A DNA stretch of 64,000 bases, taken from IMG/VR virus record IMGVR_UViG_3300044679_000013, positions 1,816-65,815 of that record, one strand, 5' to 3'. Under the pieces are notes generated by a model that searched no databases, had not been told where the DNA came from, and saw only the letters and a program-made list of their open reading frames with translations. Each line of letters begins with the position of its first letter. Positions within the stretch are counted from its first letter, which is position 1. The translations under genes and the position numbers were made by a program. Positions 8,235-17,928 of the stretch are shown one piece after another. This DNA comes from a virus (Duplodnaviria > Caudoviricetes).

Positions 8235-8813
8235 ATCGTTGGCTCGGATGTCGAAGTAGCAGAGCTTATTCTTTCGAGTGCATGGGGCGGTAAAAGAGGT
8301 TGCGGTCACGGTCGCGACTTTGGGCGGCGCAGGACAGGTCGATTCCGCACAATCATAGACGTTATAAGACTCTACGGTAATTCCTGTCTGTGGTAAGGGC
8401 GGCTCCCATTGAAGCGGGACGTTCTCTGCCGTAATCGTTCCTACGGTCAGATTAATCGGTGCGTTCGGGATTGGGTTGGCAGGGACTGCGGCAGAGACTT
8501 GAGAACTGTATCCGCTTTCGCCAGAAGAATCTACGGCGGTAGCCACATAGAAGTAAGTTTGGCTGAATCCCACGGTCGTATCCGTGTAGGCGCAGGTCGA
8601 GCTCATTGGACTTGTGCCGAGGATCGTATAAGGTCCGCCACTGGTTGTACTGCGGTAGAAATTGAATCCTGTGGCCGCTGCGCCTGTTGGGGAAGGCGTA
8701 CAGGATAGGGCGACACTTGGACCCGTGCTGGAGGTTGCTGGAGTGACTTTGGCCTTTACCTGCCCAAATAAAGGCAGGCTAATAGCTAGGACGAAAGAGA
8801 TCAGATAACGCAT
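8172..8813 (-). CDS. secreted fibronectin type III domain protein
   Basis: Signal ...LPLFG-Q; FNFYRSTTSGGPY...YTD..V...TYFYVATAVD..GES Fn3 motif plus a second Fn3. Confidence 0.8.
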   Translation of the reverse strand: MRYLISFVLAISLPLFGQVKAKVTPATSSTGPSVALSCTPSPTGAAATGFNFYRSTTSGGPYTILGTSPMSSTCAYTDTTVGFSQTYFYVATAVDSSGESGYSSQVSAAVPANPIPNAPINLTVGTITAENVPLQWEPPLPQTGITVESYNVYDCAESTCPAPPKVATVTATSFTAPCTRKNKLCYFDIRANDLVAGKKVLTAPSNIVEAKVD

Positions 8814-11800
8814 TGGGATTCTCCTTAAGTATGGAAGCTTTGATATTCGCGAACATTCCTAAAGGTGGGGCGGGGACTGCAATGACTGGGATGCCCATAT
8901 TCAGCATGAGTGAAAACGGTTCGGCGGCGGCGGCTAGACTTGTTGCGAGTCCCGTATTTCCCGGAAATCCGTAGTACATGTCCTCATCGCAAATTGCGAA
9001 TTGGGCGTCTGGAGACTCAGTACAGATTGTGTCTGTGCCTTCAAACTGTTCTCCGGCGTGGTTATTGCCGTTTTCGTAGTGATGGGCGTACCAAGTCGTT
9101 CCGCCTGTTTTCGCAACACTGAAAAGTGAGTTTTGGCCGAGGGCGCAAGTAAAGTTTGGCGGGTTGGTTTGTGTCGGCGTGCCTGCGGTATTGATTGAAC
9201 TCGTAATTAAGATTGGTAGCGAGTCATCATTCAGAATTGTTGAGACGGCAGAGTGCATCTGCGCCCCACCGGGAGAAGTCGAGCAGTTTCCACCTGTTCC
9301 ACCAGAGGGCAAGGTATAAAGCAATTGGCAGTCAGAAAGATTTGAGCAGCTTGGATCAGAGATTGCCGCGAGGAATTGGTTCAGATAGTAGTTTGGATTC
9401 GAAGCCGTTCCGAGCCAATTAAACCCGCCAGAAGGATGGCCGTTTTGATTGCCTGAAGTCGTGCCTGTTAATGCCGGCGAATTTCCCACAGTCCAGATCA
9501 CGTAATCACAACCAGAACACTGTCCCGGTTGGCCTGACGTTCCCCAGCCCGATAGCCATGTAAACGTCCCAGAGGAGAGCATTCCGCCAGCGTGAATCCC
9601 AAACGTGTAAATGCCCGTTGTAATCGGGACTTCACAGGTCAGGGTTGTTCCGGCTGGGCAAGAGGCTGAGGAAATTGGCGCGTAGAGAGTTGCGTAGGTT
9701 CCAATCGTCCCAATTCCCGTAACGTCGTATTCGAGTCCGGTTCCTGTGCCGCCTGTCGTGGCATGGCCTTGCCCGAGGCTGGCTCCCGTGCCTGCCGTGA
9801 CTTGAGTTAGAGCCGTGACTACTCCGCCCGAGACTGTCGCGGTATAAGTATCTCCGTAAGCTCCCGTGATGGTGTCGCCGTTTGTGTAACCAGTCCCGCC
9901 GTGGCTAGCAGTCACACCGTAGGTATAGACTGCCGTTCCCGTCATTCCATCGGTGTCCAAGGTTTCGCAGGTTCCGTTAGCTAAGGACACAATGAACTGC
10001 ATGTGGCGCCCCGGCCCACCTTGAGAACCTGAGCCGAGAATGAACTCTACTTTGTCGTCGTAGTTGTCCGTAATCATCGCGCCAGAGAAGGCGAGTCCAG
10101 TGCCAAGCGTCGTGTAGCCGAATCCGGGGCAAGTCGAGATATCATAGAGATTCGTTGTCAGCGAGCTTATGACGCAGTTTCCAGTTCCGCCTGGGCACAA
10201 AGCTCCGGTAGTGTAAGCGAGCACATCGCTTTTCAGCCAGAACGGAGAAGCATAAGGCGTAGAACTATAAAGTGAGTACCAGAGAGCTTCATTTGATCCG
10301 GGGCGCTTCGCCAAGCTTCTTGAAAACGCGCCATAATTCATCGGCGTGTGGTACCAAGCCTTACTGTCTGACGTCACATCTGGGATAAAGCAGGGCACGT
10401 TATTGCAGAAACTGGAGTCAATATGGCCCGAGAAAATATCCTGTCGCCCCGAGGTCACGAGGACATACATATAATTCCCAAGGCCATCGGGAAGAGAAAT
10501 CCCATGATCGTAAGATTCGCCAGAGGCTGAAGGGCTAAGGGAATTCGTTGCAGTCGTGTAATCCGCCATCGCTACAAATGGCGAGCACGGAGCACTATCT
10601 GATCCACTGCATGGAATCGAGAAATCGTAGGCAAATGTCCCGACCGTTGAGGTGACGGCACAACCCGGAGCGCCATTGCAAAGCGGAAAAGGTGCGGTGA
10701 CAAACGGCTGCCAGCCTTGCCCTTGGAGATAACCCGTGGTGTCTGAAGTTGTACTCAGATTCGATAGTGTCTGCGCGACCTTCTGCACGTTGTAGAGTGT
10801 GCCGACGACCTTCGTGCTATTCGTGGAGGAATTCGTCAGCAGAATCTGCCCGTTTAACTGTGTGCAGGTCGTGAAGCCAGAAAGCCCTATCCATGAATTT
10901 GCGGTGAAGGTATTGCTGGCTGTGATTGTGACGATGTTTGACGCGATGGAACAAGCTGTCGAAGTTGCGGTCAGATTGTTTGTTAGAACAGATGGCGTTC
11001 CGGTCTGCGAGAAAACGGCGTTTATGCTGAGTGCAGACGTGACATTGACCGTACAAGGCAAAGTTCCCGAACATCCCCCACCATACCAACCGCTGAAAAC
11101 ATAAGAACCTGACGGAGCAGCATTTAACGTCACGCTGCCCGTAAATCCGACAGAGCACGTTCCGGGACAGTTGATTCCGATAGGGCTACTGGTCACAATC
11201 CCTGTACCCGAGACGGAAACGGAAATACTTCCACTACTCGCGGAAAATGTCGCGGACACGGAAGACGCGCCAGTTGCGGTGATTGAGCAAGTTCCCGTGC
11301 CCGAACAACCCGCCCCGGACCATCCTGTAAACGCATACCCAGAACTCGGAGTGGCCGTAAGCACAACTACTGTGCCACTCGCATAGGTTCCGACACAGGC
11401 ACTCGGACAATTGATCTGACCTTGATTGTCAGCAACCGATCCGCCTGTCGGAGTGGTTACCGTGATGGTGGGGTTTTGCGAGAATGTTAAGCTGGCCTCA
11501 TCAAGGTTTGCTGTTAGGGTAGTTCCTGCGGAGCCTACGTCTAGCTCGAAATTTACACCGGAATTTTCGCCATAACTGCCGGGAAGGGCGCCGGAACTGT
11601 AGCAGTTGTTAATCGTGTGCTGTACGCCGTCAATCGTGATTGTGTCATAGCACTGTTTCGGATAGCCTCCGGTGCCTGAGGTGTCTCCGCAGGTCCAGTG
11701 GTCGTTCATCGTGATGTGATGCCAGGCCCCGGTAGCGAAGCCAGAAGCGCAAGAGATCGTCGGCGAGGTGTTGTGCCAAGCTTTCCCACCTTGATCCCAG

Positions 11801-13857
11801 ATTTGCAGGTTTCCCGAAGAAGTTACGCATTGCGTGCCAAAATAAAACTCGGTATTATTCGCCAGACAAGATGGGTTCGAGGTCGCCTTGACATACTCAT
11901 AAAGATCGAACTCATTAGCATTTCCTGAGCTGTTGGTCGAGCCCGAATAATATTCGAAGTCATTCGTGAGAACGGTTGCGAGGTCTTGCGGCCCAGCATT
12001 GTAAAACCATCCTACGCAACCTTCCGGCGCGCTAATGAGAGTAAACAGGCTTGAGAATCCATCTAGCGATGGGCTCGTGTTCCCGATGGTGTGCGGATAA
12101 CTTGAAGGCCCGGTGGGATCTCCGCATCCCGTATCAATGTAGGGAGGGGTGGCCCAACCGATTGCAGGACTGCCGCTGGAGGTTGGCGGGATATCATCAA
12201 TATTTGAGGTAATTGTGCCTCCGACCGTAAAGCTTGCAGAGGCTACGGAACTGTTCGTATCTCCGCTGAGTGTTGCTAAGACTTTGACGGTTTCCGTTGC
12301 GCTTACATTGACCGTCCCGCCATTCGCTAGAGTGGTTCCGTGTGAGCAGGTTCCGGGAGTCGTCGCGGTTGGAGTTGAGCTGTCAGTCGTATAGCAGAGG
12401 GTTGCCCCGCTGGTCGAACTGGTAATCGTGACAATCTGTCCATTGGCAAATTGCGTTCCGGTTGGCGGGGTAAAGACAGGCGTGGAAGCAGTAGCGCCGG
12501 TAAATTGATAGGCTCCACGATCTGTGGTGAAGGTGACACCATTCACGTCCACAGTGTAAGGCGAACTGAGCGCGAGCCGGTTGTTCCAATCAGCATTGTC
12601 GGAAGCGAGATTGAAATTGCTGGAGGGCCAGTTGACGAAGGGGTTAGGTGCACCGGAGGTTACGTGTACATCGTGCGTCCCACTGCCAAAGCCGCTGCCA
12701 GAGTTTAGAAATGAGTTGTAGTCCGAAGTGACTGTCGTGCTGTTCGTGCTAAGTCCGATGGTGCCTGAATAATTCCCGTAATAGAGATTGTTCTCGATGG
12801 TGGCACTGCTACCCGTGTTTCCGTCTGCGAATCCGATGCCGCACGCCGATACCCCCAAACTCGTAGTCGATGGCTGAGGGCAGTTGATAATCGTATTTTG
12901 AACATAGGTAATGTTCGTACAAACTGAACTGTTGATACAGTCGAAAGCTGCGTCCGATGTGCTAGGCAGCCAAGACGCTTGCGGGGAGGAATAAACAACC
13001 GTGTTGTTATAGAACAACCAGTTATTTTTCGTACCTCCTTCCCCAAAGGTCCAGATGGCGGTTCCAGCTATGTCTCGATAAACATTGTTGGAACGGACGC
13101 CGTTGTTGCTTGACGGGATGACGTACTCTGCCTGCCCGTGTGCATTATTCGTCGCACCGTTTACTTCTGTGCCCCAAAAATAAGTGTGATCAACCGTACT
13201 ATTGCTGGGGATATTCTGCATAAATACGGTGCCGGAATTGTGTAGGTAAGAGAACCCTAAATAAAAGCCTGTGCCCCCTTGAAAAATCTCATAGTTATTA
13301 TCGTTGTTGTAACCTGAGGCCAACAGTTCGATATATTTGATGGTTACATTAGTCGAGCTTTCCAACTCGATGACCGTAGTTTCGGTCCCGGTTCCCACCA
13401 GCTTGAATCCGCAATCGGATGGGGTGGGGGGCGATGCGGTGACGGTGGAACCCGGCGCGCCTCCGCAACCCGAGGCCGTAGAAGTGCCGTTTCCGTTCAG
13501 GGTGAAGTAATTAGCATCCACCACAAGTGCGTTACCGCCACTGGTGAATATGGCTTGCGAGGAACCCATTGTGCTCGTATTCCAGCCCGTCGATGTGCAA
13601 TTGTCGTAGCTCTGCGCCTTGCGAAATTCGACCGTCAAAGTACCGGAGGCGGCTTGGCTGAATTCATAAGAACCGTAAGTACCATCAGCGAAGTAATAGA
13701 TGTCGCCTCGCGTTAGTGTGCCAGGAGGCCCGGCATAGGAGTTGTTCCAGTCTGCCCCGGTTTTAGATCCTGCTCCAGATACGCTTACCGTATGGCACGC
13801 TCCGAAAGCCAACGGAGCACTAAATAAACACGCGAGTAATAGGAGTAAGCGTCTCAT
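8779..13857 (-). CDS. very large secreted multidomain protein (beta-helix, Fn3-associated/chitobiase-like, divergent InlB B-repeats)
   Basis: Signal MRRLLLLLACLFSAPLAFG at ATG 13857; Asn-rich beta-helix; TPVFTP...ITITS.T.GA.L.YT.D.STP; two INCP..C...V.LTA.P..GY.F.GW.G..CSGT..C repeats. Confidence 0.75.
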   Translation of the reverse strand: MRRLLLLLACLFSAPLAFGACHTVSVSGAGSKTGADWNNSYAGPPGTLTRGDIYYFADGTYGSYEFSQAASGTLTVEFRKAQSYDNCTSTGWNTSTMGSSQAIFTSGGNALVVDANYFTLNGNGTSTASGCGGAPGSTVTASPPTPSDCGFKLVGTGTETTVIELESSTNVTIKYIELLASGYNNDNNYEIFQGGTGFYLGFSYLHNSGTVFMQNIPSNSTVDHTYFWGTEVNGATNNAHGQAEYVIPSSNNGVRSNNVYRDIAGTAIWTFGEGGTKNNWLFYNNTVVYSSPQASWLPSTSDAAFDCINSSVCTNITYVQNTIINCPQPSTTSLGVSACGIGFADGNTGSSATIENNLYYGNYSGTIGLSTNSTTVTSDYNSFLNSGSGFGSGTHDVHVTSGAPNPFVNWPSSNFNLASDNADWNNRLALSSPYTVDVNGVTFTTDRGAYQFTGATASTPVFTPPTGTQFANGQIVTITSSTSGATLCYTTDSSTPTATTPGTCSHGTTLANGGTVNVSATETVKVLATLSGDTNSSVASASFTVGGTITSNIDDIPPTSSGSPAIGWATPPYIDTGCGDPTGPSSYPHTIGNTSPSLDGFSSLFTLISAPEGCVGWFYNAGPQDLATVLTNDFEYYSGSTNSSGNANEFDLYEYVKATSNPSCLANNTEFYFGTQCVTSSGNLQIWDQGGKAWHNTSPTISCASGFATGAWHHITMNDHWTCGDTSGTGGYPKQCYDTITIDGVQHTINNCYSSGALPGSYGENSGVNFELDVGSAGTTLTANLDEASLTFSQNPTITVTTPTGGSVADNQGQINCPSACVGTYASGTVVVLTATPSSGYAFTGWSGAGCSGTGTCSITATGASSVSATFSASSGSISVSVSGTGIVTSSPIGINCPGTCSVGFTGSVTLNAAPSGSYVFSGWYGGGCSGTLPCTVNVTSALSINAVFSQTGTPSVLTNNLTATSTACSIASNIVTITASNTFTANSWIGLSGFTTCTQLNGQILLTNSSTNSTKVVGTLYNVQKVAQTLSNLSTTSDTTGYLQGQGWQPFVTAPFPLCNGAPGCAVTSTVGTFAYDFSIPCSGSDSAPCSPFVAMADYTTATNSLSPSASGESYDHGISLPDGLGNYMYVLVTSGRQDIFSGHIDSSFCNNVPCFIPDVTSDSKAWYHTPMNYGAFSRSLAKRPGSNEALWYSLYSSTPYASPFWLKSDVLAYTTGALCPGGTGNCVISSLTTNLYDISTCPGFGYTTLGTGLAFSGAMITDNYDDKVEFILGSGSQGGPGRHMQFIVSLANGTCETLDTDGMTGTAVYTYGVTASHGGTGYTNGDTITGAYGDTYTATVSGGVVTALTQVTAGTGASLGQGHATTGGTGTGLEYDVTGIGTIGTYATLYAPISSASCPAGTTLTCEVPITTGIYTFGIHAGGMLSSGTFTWLSGWGTSGQPGQCSGCDYVIWTVGNSPALTGTTSGNQNGHPSGGFNWLGTASNPNYYLNQFLAAISDPSCSNLSDCQLLYTLPSGGTGGNCSTSPGGAQMHSAVSTILNDDSLPILITSSINTAGTPTQTNPPNFTCALGQNSLFSVAKTGGTTWYAHHYENGNNHAGEQFEGTDTICTESPDAQFAICDEDMYYGFPGNTGLATSLAAAAEPFSLMLNMGIPVIAVPAPPLGMFANIKASILKENPNALSDLFRPSY

Positions 13858-14486
13858 TCTTGCGGACCCGGTGAAAGGATCCAAGTTAAAGGAATCCCCT
13901 TCCAAAACTGTTTATGCTGGTTCCATAACTGATTCGGAACGAACTTGCCATGTCGGACTAGCGCAGGGCTTGGCGGGACGAATTGCCTGAAGGCTCTACG
14001 TTTCTCCGTCGTACCTCCCAGCGGCGTAAGGTTGCCATAGTAAGTGCATTTCATAGGCTCATGAGTGCATACTTGCGCGCCAATGCCGAACGATGGTCCT
14101 CTGCCATCATTCCAACAGTACGAAGTTATGTGGGTCTGCGCCTTGTCCATGACCAGCGCATAATGGTCGCAGCCGAAAATGATCGTGTCGTCTACTTTGA
14201 TTGCTGCAACCCATCCGGGCGCGTCATCAACTATCTGATGGCTCATATACGGCTTTGATGGGAGTGTTGCCCAATCTTTGACAGATTGAAAATCTTGAGG
14301 ATGAACGAGAGTCCACTGTACGGACACGCGCTGGGCAAACATCGGCAGCGAGAGCAATAAGAAGATAGCGAACTGGAGAAGTGCGTATGCCTGACCTTTA
14401 TTGAGATTGGAGAAACTGCGGCCCACGATGAGGGTCAGGACCTCTGGTATCATGTACAGTGCGTCCCAGAATCGCGCTAGCTTCAT
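13854..14486 (-). CDS. hypothetical protein with signal-like segment
   Basis: FAIFLLLSLPMFA-Q hydrophobic segment; ATGA coupling on both sides. Confidence 0.6.
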   Translation of the reverse strand: MKLARFWDALYMIPEVLTLIVGRSFSNLNKGQAYALLQFAIFLLLSLPMFAQRVSVQWTLVHPQDFQSVKDWATLPSKPYMSHQIVDDAPGWVAAIKVDDTIIFGCDHYALVMDKAQTHITSYCWNDGRGPSFGIGAQVCTHEPMKCTYYGNLTPLGGTTEKRRAFRQFVPPSPALVRHGKFVPNQLWNQHKQFWKGIPLTWILSPGPQE

Positions 14487-15547
14487 TTAATCCCCAATTC
14501 GCTAGGTAATACGCCAGCCGTTCCAACGGATTTCGTAGAACTAACGGTTACCCCGGTCCCAGTTACGTTAATTGTGTCGGGGTTTCCTACGTTGTCGGGA
14601 ACGGTTACCGTCGTGTTCTGCGCTCCGGCCACGGTCGGAGTGAAGGTGAGAGTAAATGTACACATAGTCCCGCCAGCGATATCCTCACTGGAGCAAGTGT
14701 CGGAAGAAATCACATAAGCCCCACTCCCGGAAGAAAGACTTCCTATATCCAGCGCCGAGCTTCCAGGATTCGAGATGGTTACCGTGAGGAAGGAGTTGTT
14801 TCCCACGCTCACACTTCCAAAAGCGACTGGCGAAGGAGAGTAAGAGAAAATCGGCCCAGCAGCATTAAGAGTGAGAATGGCCGACCCCCACCCTTTTGGC
14901 GTGCTTGGGTTGTTGCAGGCATTGCTTCCTGAATCCGTCTCCGCCGTGATGGCTGTATTGGTGGTGTATAGGTAAGTTCCAACCGGATCGCCGCCAATGT
15001 CTAAGACATTTGAGAATGTGACGCTGCTGCCATTTAAGTTGATGGCATCCCCATAACAGGTGAATCCGACGATAGCTAGTCCATGAGAAGCTGTAGGAGT
15101 AACTGAGACCGCACTTGGCGCAGAAGTCCCCACGGCCTGATTAAACGCTGATGTACAGGAACTCGAAGGCAATCCCGAGACTTCAAAGAACACCATCTGA
15201 ACCAATCCTTCATAGCTTCCTCCATCCAGCGAAATGGACGTGACGCCCCCCGCCCCACTGCAAATTACCGTGAAACAGGAATACGCATCCCCGCCCGCCC
15301 CACCGGTAACGATCCCGCTTTCGCTGGAACATTGCGGAGATGGCCAGGATTGGCCTTTGTTGTCGCTGAGCGTAAAGGGCTGATTTTCGGGATTGGTCAG
15401 CAGGATTTGCGCGTTCCCTGCCGTGGTGGAAGTTACTGCAAAAGGGAAACAGTTGTTGTCTCCCGCACCGCAATGGCTGATATGTGCGATGGTCTGCGCG
15501 TGGAGACAACCGGCGACAACGATCAGAAATAGAAGCAGTCTCTTCAT
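14483..15547 (-). CDS. secreted protein with ASH/choice-of-anchor-D type Ig domain
   Basis: Signal ...CLHA-Q; SPSPVAFG.V.VG...TVTISNPG...L.I......C.....GG.CTFTLTFTP...G. Confidence 0.75.
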   Translation of the reverse strand: MKRLLLFLIVVAGCLHAQTIAHISHCGAGDNNCFPFAVTSTTAGNAQILLTNPENQPFTLSDNKGQSWPSPQCSSESGIVTGGAGGDAYSCFTVICSGAGGVTSISLDGGSYEGLVQMVFFEVSGLPSSSCTSAFNQAVGTSAPSAVSVTPTASHGLAIVGFTCYGDAINLNGSSVTFSNVLDIGGDPVGTYLYTTNTAITAETDSGSNACNNPSTPKGWGSAILTLNAAGPIFSYSPSPVAFGSVSVGNNSFLTVTISNPGSSALDIGSLSSGSGAYVISSDTCSSEDIAGGTMCTFTLTFTPTVAGAQNTTVTVPDNVGNPDTINVTGTGVTVSSTKSVGTAGVLPSELGIK

Positions 15548-16263
15548 GGTGTCAAAATCTTTTTTAGTTTCGCGCGCTTATTGGAGGTGGGAGTTGACCC
15601 TCCGCCTCCAGCAGCTTCAAAGCTCCAGATCGCGCCGACCACTCCCCCAGTCGTGCTGTTTCCGCAGGATGTATCCGAGGTTGCGGTTTCCGTGGCCGTA
15701 GAAGACACAATGGTGTTTCCGCCGACTTCGCCATTCGGTGTTGTCACATGGGAGAAGGTCGTCGGGCTGCCGGTGATCGCGGTTCCGGAACCAGCGCACG
15801 AATAAGCTGCGACAATAAATTCATTTGCCGTGCTGGGCGTAAGGGAGGCGGCACAGCTTGTCGAGCCAGTACAGGTCCCCACCTGATCTGCGGGAGAAGA
15901 CGTGTTCATCCCCGAGGCTTCAAATTCCCAGATAGCATTTACGGAAGTCCCACCTGTGGCTGTAATTGATGTCGCCAGAGACTTACTGCTGAGGACAAGC
16001 CAGACGCAGACGGTGCTGACGGCAGAAGCACCGCCCGAGGGTGAACATGTACCCTGCTTGGTATATGTATTCGAACCTCCGGAGGCATTGTCGGCAAGAC
16101 TGGTGGGCTGAGTCGTCTGATAGTCGGTGATGACATAGATGTTATTTCCCGTGCCAGTAGAAGTGATCGCGCATGGAAAGGTGGTGCAATTCGCACTATG
16201 AACGTAGGTCTGCGCCGAGACGAGCGAGGTACAAAACAACAGAAATAGAGCAAGTCGCTTCAC
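15544..16263 (-). CDS. secreted Ser/Thr/Cys-rich protein, apparent paralogue of the 14483-15547 N-domain
   Basis: GTG start with signal KRLALFLLFCTSLVSA-Q; shared FP.A.TST..GN, FE.SG and TAETDS/TATSDTSC motifs. Confidence 0.7.
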   Translation of the reverse strand: MKRLALFLLFCTSLVSAQTYVHSANCTTFPCAITSTGTGNNIYVITDYQTTQPTSLADNASGGSNTYTKQGTCSPSGGASAVSTVCVWLVLSSKSLATSITATGGTSVNAIWEFEASGMNTSSPADQVGTCTGSTSCAASLTPSTANEFIVAAYSCAGSGTAITGSPTTFSHVTTPNGEVGGNTIVSSTATETATSDTSCGNSTTGGVVGAIWSFEAAGGGGSTPTSNKRAKLKKILTP

Positions 16264-17921
16264 TAGGGTCGTTCCTGCCAATTCCAAGTCACGGTCAGAT
16301 TGCCGCCAGTGATCGCGCCGCCGAAGTTCAGGGCCAAGATTTGCGCAGTGCCGCGCAGCACGATCGGTTTAAGACGAAGATCGAGAACGTAAATGTCATT
16401 GGGGCCTGTTGTGGTAGTTGCGTTGCAGCCAAATTGCGCGGTGTCCACGTTAGCAATTGGAGTGCCAACTGTTGGTCCAGTGCCCGTGTAACTGACTGGC
16501 GTGCTGGCGGCTGCGACATAGTTTGCATCATCCGGTACATCGGTAAAGTTGGCCGAAGTTCCTCCACTGCCCGCCGCAGAGCGCTTGACAACGCTGAGTG
16601 TCTGAATCCCCGCAGTCGTTGCGATGCAAGTGACAGTCACCTTCGTGACTAGAACCGTGGTTGTAGCATTGCCCGCAATTAAGGAATTGTCTGTGGTCGA
16701 ACTTGCGGCAAAAGATTTCGAGGCTGAATAACTAGCCGCTGAAATGTTTGGCTGGATCTCTGCTGTCTCGATATTTCTCGGAGCAAATGAGGCGGAGATC
16801 GTTCCCGCTGTTGGATAGGTTCCGCAAGCATAGGTAGCGACTAATTGATCGCCGGTCGCGATGGAGGGATTGACGAAATAATCAATCGCCCCATTCGATG
16901 GAGCCACGGCAATCGTCGTGATGGCAGAGGTCGCAGTGCTGGCTGCGCTCGATTGATAAGCCAAGGCAATCGTGCAGGTCGCAGGCGATCCGGTAATTCC
17001 TGTCCAAACTACTTGCAAAGTTCCATAACCGGATAAGCCAGGAGGGCGAATCGCTGCGCTAGTAGCCGTAGCCGTTGCCGCCACGGTGGTAAACAGCGGA
17101 GCATATAGGCTGAGTGGAGAATTGCCGACATACGTGAGAGCGGTAGTCGTGGAAGAGGCTACCGAAACCGGCTTCACGGACACCAAGACCGCTGAATAAG
17201 TTTCCGAAGCTGACAAGGACACCGTCTGCGTAAAGTTCGGGATCGTACTGACATTCGCATGTGCAGAGTAGAAGACAGAAAGAGCCGAACCGCCCGATGG
17301 AGTGGTATTTGACTGATCAACTGTTGTTAAAGAGGACGGAACTCCAGCAATCGAAGGCGTAGCGTTGACGGTCCCGGCGCCCATGCCGACGGCAACGAAA
17401 GCTAATTCGTTCGGGAGGGTGGCTGTTTGCGTGGCAAAACTTAGCGTGGCCGAAGTGGCTTGCTGGCCGTTGACGTAATCCCATGCCTGCCCGACCGAAA
17501 CTGATCCCTTAAGTTCGTGGCAGGAAAACGATGCCGCGCCAGAAGTCGTCGTTTCAGTGACGGTGTCCGTCGTTCCGCCAACAATATTTGTCGCCAGAGC
17601 GACGGCATAGCCGGGAGCGGTAGCCGAAGAGGCTGCAGTGATATAAGTGTTTGATTGGGCATCGGAAAATGTCGGAGCTGCTGCAGCGGACTCAAATCCG
17701 ATACACAGGATAGAGTTTCCGGCAGTTGTGCTTGCTCCAAAGGCGTTGGTGATCGTTGTGCCAGAACCGCCCGACACCTTGGAGTTAACAGCCTGCGCCT
17801 CAAGTACGGGCTGGACAAAGGGACATGGCCCCCACTGCCCAGCAGAAGCTTGGCATTGAACGGTTTGTGCGTGCGAGATTCCGCAGAGTAGAAGTGGTAA
17901 GAGCCAGAAAAGTTTCTTCAT
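16263..17921 (-). CDS. secreted Thr/Ala/Ser-rich multidomain fibre/adhesin-like protein
   Basis: Signal ...CGISHA-Q; beta-rich domains. Confidence 0.7.
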   Translation of the reverse strand: MKKLFWLLPLLLCGISHAQTVQCQASAGQWGPCPFVQPVLEAQAVNSKVSGGSGTTITNAFGASTTAGNSILCIGFESAAAAPTFSDAQSNTYITAASSATAPGYAVALATNIVGGTTDTVTETTTSGAASFSCHELKGSVSVGQAWDYVNGQQATSATLSFATQTATLPNELAFVAVGMGAGTVNATPSIAGVPSSLTTVDQSNTTPSGGSALSVFYSAHANVSTIPNFTQTVSLSASETYSAVLVSVKPVSVASSTTTALTYVGNSPLSLYAPLFTTVAATATATSAAIRPPGLSGYGTLQVVWTGITGSPATCTIALAYQSSAASTATSAITTIAVAPSNGAIDYFVNPSIATGDQLVATYACGTYPTAGTISASFAPRNIETAEIQPNISAASYSASKSFAASSTTDNSLIAGNATTTVLVTKVTVTCIATTAGIQTLSVVKRSAAGSGGTSANFTDVPDDANYVAAASTPVSYTGTGPTVGTPIANVDTAQFGCNATTTTGPNDIYVLDLRLKPIVLRGTAQILALNFGGAITGGNLTVTWNWQERP

Positions 17922-17928
17922 AATTTCC